NCBI GenBank assembly: GCA_964403585.1
Contig: CAYOFQ010000001.1
Coordinates: forward strand, 140,456-204,455
Direction of reading: 5' to 3'
Length of the DNA: 64,000 bases
Origin: an uncultured Gammaproteobacteria bacterium
Lineage (GTDB): Bacteria; Patescibacteriota; Microgenomatia; JALYQM01
Under the pieces are notes generated by a model that was given only the letters and a program-made list of their open reading frames with translations, was not told the DNA's origin and ran no database searches. Within the stretch, counting starts at the first letter, position 1. Each line of letters starts with the position of its first letter. This document shows positions 19,921-29,733 of the stretch, piece by piece. The position numbers and the translations under genes were made by a program.

Positions 19921-22241
19921 TAATCATGACCAAACTTAAATCGATTTTTCCCATAGTAATACTGCTTTTTATTGTCTGTACCGTATTTAGTCCATATCTT
20001 TTCGGCTATATCGGAATAACGCCTAATGTCGGTACTAACGATAATGTCGATTTACAAGTTCCGTTTCGGCAAGTACTTCAGGAAAGCCTTCTGAAACGCC
20101 GCCTTCCGCTATGGGAACCACGAATCTCTACCGGTTTTCCGTTATTTGCCGAGGGCCAAATCGGTGCACTATATCTACCGAATTTACTATTCGCCGCCTT
20201 ACCGGTTCCTGCCTATTACTCGGTGAGTTTAAGCATTGTTTTTGCCGTATTCTTGTCCGCAGTAAATATGTATTTCTTTTTAAACGAATTCTTGAATAAT
20301 CGGGGAGAGGAACATTCTTCCCGTAACCGGGTATTCGCTTTAATTGGCGCAATATTCTGGTCTCAGGCAGGAGTTCAGTTCAATCATACTGCCCATCTTA
20401 ATGTACTGAATGTCTTTTCCTGGTTGCCATTTGAACTCTGGATCATAGAACGACGCTTAAATGAAAAAGATTCATATTTTAAAACGGTCGGGCTGTTAGC
20501 GTTGCCGGTCATGCTGCAAATCTTTGCGGGACACCCTCAATTCGCTTCGTATTGCTTCTTGTTTATCGCACTCTACTGGTTTCTGAATCAGGTCATGTTG
20601 AAAACTACCTTAAAATTTAATGCCCTGCTGCTCAATGGACTGGTAGTCGGGGGGGCCATACTGTTAGGCATACTTCTGGCCTCGGTCCAATTATTCCCAA
20701 CGGTTGAATTTACGTTTAATTCCACTCGCCAAACCGGCCTGGATGAAGAATCAATTAATTTTCTTGCCTTTAGAGTGCAGGATTTACGGACCCTGGTAAC
20801 GCCGTTTTACGATTTCTCCTATGAACCGCGTACCCCGGCCAGATTGGATAGTGTGAGCTGGCCTTTTGATGAGCGGTACAGCTATTTTGGGCTTATACCG
20901 CTATCTTTAGCGATGCTGTCAATTGCCTTTGTCATCAGAAAACGTCAGGCTTTGGTATTTTTAATTTTAGGAGTAATGTTTCTGTTGCTCTCCTTGGGGA
21001 ACCAGACGCCGATCGGGGGGTTACTTAAAATACCACCGTTGAACTTATTCCGTATTCCCACCAAGTTCACCACGTTAGCTCAACTCAGCTTTGTTATTCT
21101 GGCAACCTACGGGTTAAAGAGCATGATTGAATTATTAATAAGACCAAAAGGGGAGAGTATCGCTAAAAACGTCCGTATCGGGCTGGCGGTGCTGGTTATA
21201 CTCACAAGTTTGGATACCGGCACTAAACTATATAAACTCTATCCGATCCAGAAAGGCGAATGGTGGTACGAAAAGCCTGAAACCGTTAAAGTATACGAAA
21301 AAGAACTGCAGAAAAATCCTCAGGGCAAAATAATTGGCTACCAGAATTATCGCATTTTTGGCCAGGACTATAATATCCAAATGCATAAACAGTATTTAGA
21401 ACAGGATCCAAAACTATGGGATACGTTGCAAATGCAAGTCTTTAAAAATAACCGGGCCATTTTGCCTGCCTTTGATATGTTAACCTATGATGTTCCACTT
21501 GTAGACAATGCGGTAAACTCAGCGGGATTAAAAGTAAAATGGTATTCACAAATCGAAAAACAAATTTTCTTTGCACCAAGTATTCCGGCTGATAATAACA
21601 CGGTTGATTATAACGATCAGTACTGGAAATTTTTACGGTTAACCGGGACAAAATATCTGCTGCATAATGACAATTTGTCGTTGAAAAACGTTGAACTAGT
21701 GGGAAAAACAAACTATACAACCGGACAGGATCAAATTGCGATATATAAGCTTAAAAATCCGCTGCCTTTTATACATACACCTCAAAATATTCATAAAGTT
21801 GACGATGAACAAACCTATCAAGCCGTTTCCGGAATACAGTTTAATCCGGCAACAGAAATAATTATTCCCAAAACTAATAGTCAACAAGTTCATTTTAATA
21901 CTAATAGCAATCCAACAGAAATTTCAGTGAAACAGCCGGTTCCTGAACAGTTACAAATTAATGTAACAAATGCATCGCCAACACTTATATTTATAAGTCA
22001 AACATATTTTCCTGGATGGACCGCCACGGTTGACGGACAATCGGTGCCGGTAATTCGCGCCAATCATGCCTTTCAGGCAGTATCCATTCCAGACCCTGGG
22101 ACCCATACTATTGAACTTCAGTACCAACCCCAAAGTCTTCGTATCGGGCTGTATATAACGACGGCTGCCTTAGTGGTGTACATTGGCATCCTTATTTTTG
22201 ACACGATCGCTCATAAAAGCCGACCAAATACTCAGCCATAA
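19908..22241 (+). CDS. YfhO-family membrane glycosyltransferase (second paralog)
   Basis: LWEPRISTGFPLFAEGQIGALYLPNLLF and C-terminal TYFPGWTATVDGQSVPVIRANHAFQAVSIPDPGTHTIELQYQP. Confidence 0.6.
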   Translation: MLQVIIMTKLKSIFPIVILLFIVCTVFSPYLFGYIGITPNVGTNDNVDLQVPFRQVLQESLLKRRLPLWEPRISTGFPLFAEGQIGALYLPNLLFAALPVPAYYSVSLSIVFAVFLSAVNMYFFLNEFLNNRGEEHSSRNRVFALIGAIFWSQAGVQFNHTAHLNVLNVFSWLPFELWIIERRLNEKDSYFKTVGLLALPVMLQIFAGHPQFASYCFLFIALYWFLNQVMLKTTLKFNALLLNGLVVGGAILLGILLASVQLFPTVEFTFNSTRQTGLDEESINFLAFRVQDLRTLVTPFYDFSYEPRTPARLDSVSWPFDERYSYFGLIPLSLAMLSIAFVIRKRQALVFLILGVMFLLLSLGNQTPIGGLLKIPPLNLFRIPTKFTTLAQLSFVILATYGLKSMIELLIRPKGESIAKNVRIGLAVLVILTSLDTGTKLYKLYPIQKGEWWYEKPETVKVYEKELQKNPQGKIIGYQNYRIFGQDYNIQMHKQYLEQDPKLWDTLQMQVFKNNRAILPAFDMLTYDVPLVDNAVNSAGLKVKWYSQIEKQIFFAPSIPADNNTVDYNDQYWKFLRLTGTKYLLHNDNLSLKNVELVGKTNYTTGQDQIAIYKLKNPLPFIHTPQNIHKVDDEQTYQAVSGIQFNPATEIIIPKTNSQQVHFNTNSNPTEISVKQPVPEQLQINVTNASPTLIFISQTYFPGWTATVDGQSVPVIRANHAFQAVSIPDPGTHTIELQYQPQSLRIGLYITTAALVVYIGILIFDTIAHKSRPNTQP

Positions 22242-22930
22242 TCAAAAAAGCCGTTAAAACGAACTACAGGGGCTCGACATTAAAAATGAGCCTAAATAAG
22301 CCAAAAACAGCAATTTAAGAGTAGGAATTTAGTCATAAATGTACTGCAGAGAGAAATCCCGGTCAGCGAAAGGCGAATAACCTGCACAGCCGACCAGCAC
22401 TTCGATTTATTAATCATTTCACCGTACCTAAAAAACAATAAGAATTACTGAACTGCGTAATCCGCAGAGTCTCTTTATGCGCATGTCGCACAATATAGAA
22501 AAGCGCGCAAAAAAAATCTGGGAGTAGTTCTGCGTTGATGCGCGTGTAAGATTTTAAACAAACGGCTAAACAGCTGCCTTAAGCCTACGCTCAAAATGAG
22601 AAAAAAGATAGGGAAGTTGAACTCAAATTTATCACCAGGAAGAGGGTAATGCTAAACCGGGTTTTCACGGCGTGAAAAAGGCGAGTGGCAGAGAGTTTGA
22701 GCGTACAGGGGTAGAAAATCTACTCATATTAGAGATGACTTAAATATGTGGATAACTTTGCAAATGGGAAGGGTGATATAGTTTGCACATGATATAGTCT
22801 GCACAAAGCCCAAAACACAATAGATCCGGAGAAGTGTTTAGATATACCAGGTAGTAGCGAAATAAACAGGCTGGCATTTTACCGGTAAAGAAAAAATTGA
22901 GTAATGTATTTTTTAATTTGTCTACATCAG

Positions 22931-25300
22931 CTATGAAGCAGCCACCATTCCCCTGTCAGCTCTCCCCTTTTTTATCTGCCTAAGTATGAAATATGTAAGT
23001 AAGGTGACCAATGTCGCAAAAGAAATCCCACTGCCCACATAGAATGCTATAGGCTCATAAGCCCAGATAACGGTATGGCTGCCTGGTGGCACCTTAACAG
23101 CGCGCATTACTAAATTAACCTTTAGAATAGGGTTTTCTTTACCATCAATATATGCTTTCCATCCGGGATAATAGGTATCCGAGAAAACCAGATACGCCTC
23201 ACTCCTACTCTCTGTCTTCATGGATACCATCGTAGACTGGTAATCAACAATCGATACGGAATGCGCTTTATTAAAGGAAACTCGGTCAAAATTACTCGAA
23301 GAGCTCGCTTCTTTCTCATCACTCCTCCCTATTGTCTCGCTGTATGCATATTTTTCCGGAGCAATCGCCGGATCTAATAGTTCGGTAAGGACAGCATCCG
23401 GTTGAGCACGCTTACGAATATCTGAAACAAAGAATGCCCGCGGCTGTACGAATTCATTTTTGTAAACCTGAAGCGGCACACCAAAGGAAGAATCAAGTGT
23501 ATACGATTGTGAAAGTAAAAAGTTCGGCGACGGAAAATCACTAAAACTATAAATATACTTTACATTCCACAGACCCAGGATCCTGCTCAGATACGAGCCC
23601 GGTAAATTGTTTTTGGTGAGAAAGTTCTCCAGAAACGCCCGCTCTTTAAGCCCTAAGCCGCCTTCAAACCATCCGCGATCGGTAAAGGAATACATATGAT
23701 AAAGCGCTGCGAAGTTCCCCGGAATAGCTTTTTGCAGCGAAAAGATCGCCTTCTCTCCCTTCTTCCAACCCAACGCTCCAAACGGATTCTGCATATATTG
23801 TGTCATCGGGTAAATACGATACAAATAAGAATCCTTTTTCTGTAGCTCTTTCACAGATTCCGGTACTGCCAGATACTTCCCTACCGGGTAGTAACCAATG
23901 TACTGATCTGCAAAAACCGAAAGATCAAGGAGAATAACTCCCAGTATTAAAATAGTTGTAACTGTAGGAGAAAAAGGCCATGAAAAAACATAATCGCTAC
24001 TATCCTCTTTTCTTAGATTCCCCTGTATGCGACTTCGCTCGAGCCGCTGGAATAATCGCTCTATTGCCCATCCGGCCAGAACACTCAATGACAATAATGT
24101 CAGTAAGTTAAACCGCGTCGGAAAACGGAATAAAGTCATTCCTGGGATGTTGTAATACAGTACCGAAAATAGAAAGGAGTAACTTCCCATGGAGAGAATA
24201 AAAAACAAAACAGCCGAAAGTACATAAAACCGGAAGTAATAGTTAAAAAGGAATTCACCTGTTTTTCTGTTTCGGATACGGAAAAACAATAGAACAACCA
24301 CGAGGACCAAAGGTAATAATCCTATGTACAGAACATTCTCCCACCATATACCGTCAAGCTGAATATCACCCCGGTAACTGCCTGTGGCAGGATTCCCTAA
24401 AAAGAAAGGCGCAAATAAAGTCGCCAGAAAATGAGGCCGTAAGGGATATGCCGTCGCCACTTCATAGGAAAAATCTTGTCGGGAGGACAAAGCCGTCAAC
24501 TCGTATGTAGGTAATAACTGGGCAGCTGCCAGGCCAATTGCTACTACCCCGCTAATTCCTACGCCAATAATCGTCTTAAGAAGTGCTAGTGTCAGCGAAG
24601 TACTCGCCACCTTCTTCCGCGACTGCATATATAACAGGAATAGTTCACCTGAGATTAGCCATAAACACATAATTACCGAAAAGTAGAACATATGCGGGTG
24701 ACCGGCCAAAACTTGTAGACCCCAAACAATTCCCAGCCACACAAACCGGGAGAGATTAAAATCGGTAAAATACCGGCGTAGTAGCCAAAAACACCAGGGC
24801 AAATATGCAGCAACCGCAATCATATTAATATGTTTCAACCGTGCCACAAAAAAGGACCCAAACATAAAAATAATCGCACTGGCCAACGCACCTCGCTTCC
24901 CCATCAACGGCAATGTCCGTGCAAATGTATACATTCCACACCCTGCTATCATAAAACTAATCAATATGCTGTAGTTAAGGCTTAAAACAGGAGAAAGAAA
25001 GGCAAGGAGGATGTGTGGCGGATACAAAGGACCGCTCTGACCTTCGGCTAAAACAGGAAACCCGTTCGAAAGGTATGGGCTCCATAACGGAAACTGGCCA
25101 TGCGTATATGCTTCGTGCAAAATAGATTTGAAAGGTAAATGCAGCTCTAATAGATCCGAACCGGAAAAGTCACCCAAGGCAAAAACATTCTGCCCAAGCA
25201 CAACCGGCCGGAATAATACCAGCGGCAAAAATATCAGAAGAATATACGGAAAATACCGACTGTGTACGATCCCGAACAACCGTGCTTTCCAACGAGACAT
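22931..25300 (-). CDS. YfhO-family membrane glycosyltransferase (third paralog). Start at the internal ATG (MSRWKARLF...).
   Basis: LWSPYLSNGFPVLAEGQSGPLYPPHILL and C-terminal DTYYPGWKAYIDGKENPILKVNLVMRAVKVPPGSHTVIWAYEP. Confidence 0.6.
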   Translation of the reverse strand: MSRWKARLFGIVHSRYFPYILLIFLPLVLFRPVVLGQNVFALGDFSGSDLLELHLPFKSILHEAYTHGQFPLWSPYLSNGFPVLAEGQSGPLYPPHILLAFLSPVLSLNYSILISFMIAGCGMYTFARTLPLMGKRGALASAIIFMFGSFFVARLKHINMIAVAAYLPWCFWLLRRYFTDFNLSRFVWLGIVWGLQVLAGHPHMFYFSVIMCLWLISGELFLLYMQSRKKVASTSLTLALLKTIIGVGISGVVAIGLAAAQLLPTYELTALSSRQDFSYEVATAYPLRPHFLATLFAPFFLGNPATGSYRGDIQLDGIWWENVLYIGLLPLVLVVVLLFFRIRNRKTGEFLFNYYFRFYVLSAVLFFILSMGSYSFLFSVLYYNIPGMTLFRFPTRFNLLTLLSLSVLAGWAIERLFQRLERSRIQGNLRKEDSSDYVFSWPFSPTVTTILILGVILLDLSVFADQYIGYYPVGKYLAVPESVKELQKKDSYLYRIYPMTQYMQNPFGALGWKKGEKAIFSLQKAIPGNFAALYHMYSFTDRGWFEGGLGLKERAFLENFLTKNNLPGSYLSRILGLWNVKYIYSFSDFPSPNFLLSQSYTLDSSFGVPLQVYKNEFVQPRAFFVSDIRKRAQPDAVLTELLDPAIAPEKYAYSETIGRSDEKEASSSSNFDRVSFNKAHSVSIVDYQSTMVSMKTESRSEAYLVFSDTYYPGWKAYIDGKENPILKVNLVMRAVKVPPGSHTVIWAYEPIAFYVGSGISFATLVTLLTYFILRQIKKGRADRGMVAAS

Positions 25301-25357
25301 ACTACCAAGTATAACATTCGGTGGAGTACAATAGTCGAAATAATATATACTTTCTTT

Positions 25358-27124
25358 ATGGGCGAAGAAGGCGAACCAGTAAGTACTGCACCTGCAGTTG
25401 AAAATACCAATAATCAGGAAGCCGAACCACACTCAGCCGGGGATGTTATTCCGGTGTTTAATGCGGCAGTTGCCGCGCTCAATGGAGCCAGCGGTCCAAT
25501 CGCCGATGCTATAAATGTCGCGCTCGATCATCAGACAACTGCCATACTCCTGGATAAGGCTGCCGATGTCCGGGCGCACTGGCAGGAAATAAAATCTGTC
25601 CACGCCCGGGTAGAAAAATATATAAAAATTAAACAGGTGCGCAGGGATACATTTTGGCAGTATATTAATGCCTATAACGATGAAAAATCGCAGCACCCGC
25701 GGGAGTCAGTGGCATCAGATAGCCTGGAAATATCACACTACGAAAATCAGTATAACCCGGACACCTTACCGCGTAAAAACGGCATAAACCGTGCCGATGG
25801 TACTAAACTATTACATTATTTCGAGATAAATGGCGCGAGCGCTCTCGAAAAACTTGCCCGGAACAATGAAGATAAAGAAGAAATCACCAGAGGTAAATTA
25901 AAAGGCATGCGCGTGGAAGTAATCCAGGCGGCTGTTGAATACAATCGGTCATTACAGTTACAAGTACTGAAAGAAGTCCAACAACTCCCACCCGATCCTG
26001 AACCGGCAGCTCCTCCCGCCGAGCCTGTAGCAGTTCTGCGAACTCCGGAGCCGGTTATCGAAGACGATGACGATGAAGAAACACCGGTGGCTTTGGCACC
26101 TATTCCAAAAGATGCCCATGGTTTGGCACTGCGAATCAAAGGAATCCGTTCGAGAATTAATTACCTGGGACACATGGCCCTGGTTAGCGTAGCACTGGCA
26201 GGTGCGATGGTCACCCTTCAGTCAAGCGGGTCAGCCGAACAACAAGCCTTATTGAATCTGAACAACAATACCCGCAGCGCCGCTGCCCCTCTCCCCGACT
26301 ATAGTGGTCGTGACGACGAATACAATCGCTGGACGCATAGCCAAAAGCAAATGGAAAAAGCAGCATTGAAACCTGCACCGGTACGTGCAGTAATGGGCGA
26401 AAAAGTTGCCAAAGCTGAAGAATCAAATCTCGTCTATCAGGCCAGTGCCGCTGAGTTACAGGCATGGAAAATAGTTGACCATGAGCATCCACTATCCATG
26501 GACTTCGTTGCCCAAACGGTAGATATAACCGCCGATGGTATTCCCAGTAATAAGGGCGAATTGCACGCCAGCCCGGATGTAGTACCCGACTTACAGCAAT
26601 TATTTAAAGATGCCCGGGCCGCGGGACATAAAGATTTAGTAGTGTCCAGTGGTGAACGAGACATCGCCTATCAGCAGAACTTATATGAACACGACAAATC
26701 AGGTTTTACAGCAGTTCCCGGAGAATCGCAACATCACACCGGGTATGCCCTGGATTTTTCCAGTAGCGAGATAGATTACCGTGTAGATAATCAGGCTGGG
26801 TTCGAGAATATCGATGCCGGAAAATTTCTAGCCCAACATGCCCACGAATACGGTTTCATCCAGTCCTATGATTACGAATCCTGGCATTTTCTGTGGGTCG
26901 GCAAGCCGTTGGCTAAACTCTACCACCAGATGAAAACCAATGGCTGGGAAGGGGATGTTTTTGCCCTGCAACGCTATATCGACCAAAACCAAAAACCGTT
27001 CTCCATCGACAAGCAGGGGAATCTAATTCCGAATAAGAATCTTAAAGACGGCCGTGCCTTGTTAGCATATTACAATCAGGGGCAAAACCACCTGGCTCAG
27101 TCCTCCTCTACTCCTAACTCCTAA
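25358..27124 (+). CDS. Membrane-anchored peptidase M15B (VanY-like D,D-carboxypeptidase) with a long N-terminal region and a Pro/Glu/Asp linker
   Basis: C-terminal catalytic motifs SGERDIAYQQ, ESQHHTGYALDF (SxHxxGxAxD) and EYGFIQSYDYESWHF. One TM (MALVSVALAGAMV). Confidence 0.65.
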   Translation: MGEEGEPVSTAPAVENTNNQEAEPHSAGDVIPVFNAAVAALNGASGPIADAINVALDHQTTAILLDKAADVRAHWQEIKSVHARVEKYIKIKQVRRDTFWQYINAYNDEKSQHPRESVASDSLEISHYENQYNPDTLPRKNGINRADGTKLLHYFEINGASALEKLARNNEDKEEITRGKLKGMRVEVIQAAVEYNRSLQLQVLKEVQQLPPDPEPAAPPAEPVAVLRTPEPVIEDDDDEETPVALAPIPKDAHGLALRIKGIRSRINYLGHMALVSVALAGAMVTLQSSGSAEQQALLNLNNNTRSAAAPLPDYSGRDDEYNRWTHSQKQMEKAALKPAPVRAVMGEKVAKAEESNLVYQASAAELQAWKIVDHEHPLSMDFVAQTVDITADGIPSNKGELHASPDVVPDLQQLFKDARAAGHKDLVVSSGERDIAYQQNLYEHDKSGFTAVPGESQHHTGYALDFSSSEIDYRVDNQAGFENIDAGKFLAQHAHEYGFIQSYDYESWHFLWVGKPLAKLYHQMKTNGWEGDVFALQRYIDQNQKPFSIDKQGNLIPNKNLKDGRALLAYYNQGQNHLAQSSSTPNS

Positions 27125-27127
27125 CCA

Positions 27128-27721
27128 TTATTTTTCCAGCAAGTGGTTATAACTAATCGACCAGAAAACAAACAACCATATAACAATAAGCAGGGTACTG
27201 CCATAATCATGGAAGATCAGGGCGGGGAGTCTCCCCCACCAGTGGGCCACCAGCACAATGACACTAATACGGAGGACATTCATCCAAAAGGTACCCAATA
27301 AACCGAATATGACGGTAATAATTTTAGATTTTAGGCTATAGCTCCCCTGCAGGCCGGTAAATAATGTTAATATAAACAGCAAAAAAGACTGCCAGCCAAT
27401 ACAGTTCCAGGATATATACACAATCGTTCCTCCGGCAGTAACCGCATTTTGCTGCACGCTTAATGTTTGTTGTGATTGACTCGTCACTACACCAAATAAA
27501 TTCAATACGACTGCCACCATGCGAACCAGATAGGGAACCAGCGTATCGCGTATTCCGGCGTACCACCCTGCCCGCTCGACAATCTTTGTTAAAATTTCGT
27601 TAAATGTCGTAACGAATGGCAGAAACATCAACATCAGAACCAAAACAACAAATATTAATTGAAATGTGGATTTTTCAACTAATAACGGCTCTTCATAGTT
27701 AATTACTGGCTGTTCTTCCAT
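27128..27721 (-). CDS. Short exosortase/archaeosortase-family membrane protein (putative)
   Basis: Polytopic 197 aa. Candidate catalytic Cys context ISWNCIGWQSF, NxxR motif WMNVLRIS, and conserved His (LVAHWWG / HDYG). Confidence 0.45.
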   Translation of the reverse strand: MEEQPVINYEEPLLVEKSTFQLIFVVLVLMLMFLPFVTTFNEILTKIVERAGWYAGIRDTLVPYLVRMVAVVLNLFGVVTSQSQQTLSVQQNAVTAGGTIVYISWNCIGWQSFLLFILTLFTGLQGSYSLKSKIITVIFGLLGTFWMNVLRISVIVLVAHWWGRLPALIFHDYGSTLLIVIWLFVFWSISYNHLLEK

Positions 27722-27751
27722 CGTGACGCTACTGTAGTATATACTTAGTAT

Positions 27752-28081
27752 ATGGTCAAATGGTTCATCGTCAACGTCATCACACTCCTGATCCTGGCCC
27801 GCTTCCTACCCGGATTCACCATAACACAGTGGCAAAACGCCATTGTTGCGGTACTAATAATAGGTCTAATTAATATCACTATTAAGCCTATACTTAAGCT
27901 TCTCACCCTTCCTATTACCATCCTGACACTCGGTCTCTTTTCGTGGGTAATCAATGCGTTAATGTTGTTACTTGCTGCTCGCTTCACACCGGGATTTGAA
28001 ATCGACGGATTCCTTACTGCACTCATTGCCTCTCTCCTGCTCAGTTTCATCACCTCGGCGCTGAGTAATGTAAGCAAATAA
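27752..28081 (+). CDS. Phage-holin-4_2 / DUF360 family small membrane protein
   Basis: 109 aa, 4 TM. LLPGFTI ... LTLPITILTLGLFSWVINALMLLLAARFTPGFEIDGF matches the DUF360 pattern. Confidence 0.55.
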   Translation: MVKWFIVNVITLLILARFLPGFTITQWQNAIVAVLIIGLINITIKPILKLLTLPITILTLGLFSWVINALMLLLAARFTPGFEIDGFLTALIASLLLSFITSALSNVSK

Positions 28082-28124
28082 TGATATAATCCGTCCACTA
28101 GAAATTAAAAGTAAAGGAGTTCCT

Positions 28125-28496
28125 ATGTCAGATACCGACACTAAAACTGTAGTCGAAGAACATGACCACCAGCATGTCGACTGCAACTGTGAGAATGGAG
28201 ATTGTGAGTGCTGCCAGGAAGGATGCGCCTGCCCGAACGATGAGTGTTTATGCGGATGGGATACCGAGGATACCCAGGCCGAAAAATACGCCCTGCTTGC
28301 CGAAGAAGCCTATGAAGAACTTATCAAGGAAAAGCTCAAGAAGAAGTTCCTGGAAAATGAAGCAGATTTGGATAAAGTCGTGGATATCGCTTTCCGGGCT
28401 GCCATGCACCGCTGGGACGAAATCGACCGCGGCGAATACGACGGCGAAATCTGGGACAAATTCGAAGAAGAACTCCAGGCTGTATGGAAGAAATAA
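28125..28496 (+). CDS. Small acidic protein with an N-terminal His/Cys-rich metal-binding (metallothionein-like) cluster
   Basis: HDHQHVDCNCENGDCECCQEGCACPNDECLCGW has 10 Cys in 28 aa. Good SD (aaaggag) 8 nt upstream. Confidence 0.55.
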   Translation: MSDTDTKTVVEEHDHQHVDCNCENGDCECCQEGCACPNDECLCGWDTEDTQAEKYALLAEEAYEELIKEKLKKKFLENEADLDKVVDIAFRAAMHRWDEIDRGEYDGEIWDKFEEELQAVWKK

Positions 28497-28797
28497 TATA
28501 GATAAGCGAAGTTTAGTTCGGATTTGCGCAGCCGAACTTCCGCCCTGGGTATCGCATATGGATGAAGGTAGCTCGTGTTCAAACAAAACGTTAAGTTCGG
28601 AAGCCTGGAGCTTGTGAGGGGAGCAAAACGAACAAACGAGCGGTTTAATGCATCTAAACAAAGCTTTCTCTCTGAACACTACGCCGACACGCTAATGCTT
28701 CACTACGTTCAGCATTTAAAGCTCTGCTTTGCCGGCTCAAAGGTATGGCAAAGAAGGTCGGCTTAAGTATATCAGCTTCGAAAGTATCATAATAAAG

Positions 28798-28838
28798 CAT
28801 CAAAAAAGGAGCCCTTTTCAGGACTCCTTTTTTTTGAA
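28798..28838. terminator. Bidirectional intrinsic terminator between convergent genes
   Basis: aaaaaaggagcccttttcaggactcctttttttt: a GC stem (aggagcc/ggactcct, one bulge) flanked by an A-run on one side and T8 on the other. Confidence 0.55.
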
Positions 28839-28861
28839 CGAATTATGAAACTAAGTGAAAC

Positions 28862-29239
28862 TTAGTAATCGCGTCCACCGCGGTATCCACCACGATCTCC
28901 GCCGCCACGATGTCCGCCGCCATTGCCGCCGCGTCCACCACCGAATCCTCCGCGTGATCCGCCACCGAAACCGCCGGAGCGTTGTGGTCGATCTTCCTGA
29001 GGTCGAGCTTCATTTACAACAATTGTTCTTCCGTCTACATCAGTACCGTTAAGAGACAAAGCGTTCTGGGCTTCTTCTTCTGATCCCATTTCAACAAAAC
29101 CGAAACCTTTGCTTCGTCCTGTGAATTTATCAACAATAATAGTAGCAGAAACAACGTTTCCTGCCTGAGCAAAAAGCTCTTGTAATTGAGCGTTCTGCAT
29201 TGCATATGGCAGTCCGCCTACGAATAACTTAGTAGCCAT
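28862..29239 (-). CDS. RRM-domain RNA-binding protein with a Gly/Arg-rich tail (Rbp-type)
   Basis: RNP-2 LFVGGL, RNP-1 KGFGFVEM, C-terminal RGGFGGGRGGNGGGHRGGGDRGGYRGG. Confidence 0.8.
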   Translation of the reverse strand: MATKLFVGGLPYAMQNAQLQELFAQAGNVVSATIIVDKFTGRSKGFGFVEMGSEEEAQNALSLNGTDVDGRTIVVNEARPQEDRPQRSGGFGGGSRGGFGGGRGGNGGGHRGGGDRGGYRGGRDY

Positions 29240-29616
29240 GTACGGCTCCTTTTAACTGAGTAGTAAGCTATCATCCTCTTACAGTACAAATAACTTTTCT
29301 CTGATGATCGAGAGCTATCCGGGGATTCTTGCAAAGCTTAACAGGATACGTTCACTACCTGAATAACTGGCTTGTTTCACTTAAATAGCCCCTCTATAAT
29401 AACGTATTAAAGGCAAAAACACAATGAGCAGTATTAGAGGCTAATATTAACATAAACCGACAATATCACCTTTTATACAAGTAAAAAATAACAAATAAAA
29501 ATGAAAAAAGAGGGCATAAACCGATCATGGTCATTTTAACCCTTGCATTTATTTCTGATTTTGATTAGTATAGTGGAGATATATCGTTAATGATAATAAT
29601 AATTAAGCAATAGAGA

Positions 29617-29650
29617 TTGACAAATAAATAGTTACAGATTATATTTGTCA
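29617..29650 (+). promoter_or_regulatory. Sigma70-type promoter TTGACA-17-TATATT upstream of the HU gene, overlapped by an inverted repeat (possible operator)
   Basis: -35 29617-29622, 17-nt spacer, -10 29640-29645. Inverted repeat tgacaaata(N15)tatttgtca spans both elements. Confidence 0.45.
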
Positions 29651-29733
29651 TCCAGTAAAAGTAACGTAACAAGATCTTATTACAATTATTTTAATTACTA
29701 AAAATCTCTGCCTAAAGTAGGAGGCACGTCTAT

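Noticed and set aside
22242-22930. tRNA, tmRNA or rRNA in the large intergenic gap
   Set aside because: No T-loop (GGTTCRANYCC), no CCA-proximal acceptor pairing and no tmRNA tag frame could be found by eye. Only left as an unassigned ncRNA candidate in the findings.
27745-28679. ORFs 27745-28098(-), 27968-28186(-), 28162-28617(+), 28248-28679(-), 28310-28582(-)
   Set aside because: They overlap the DUF360 and metallothionein-like genes or the terminator region, have low-complexity translations and lack SD/start context.
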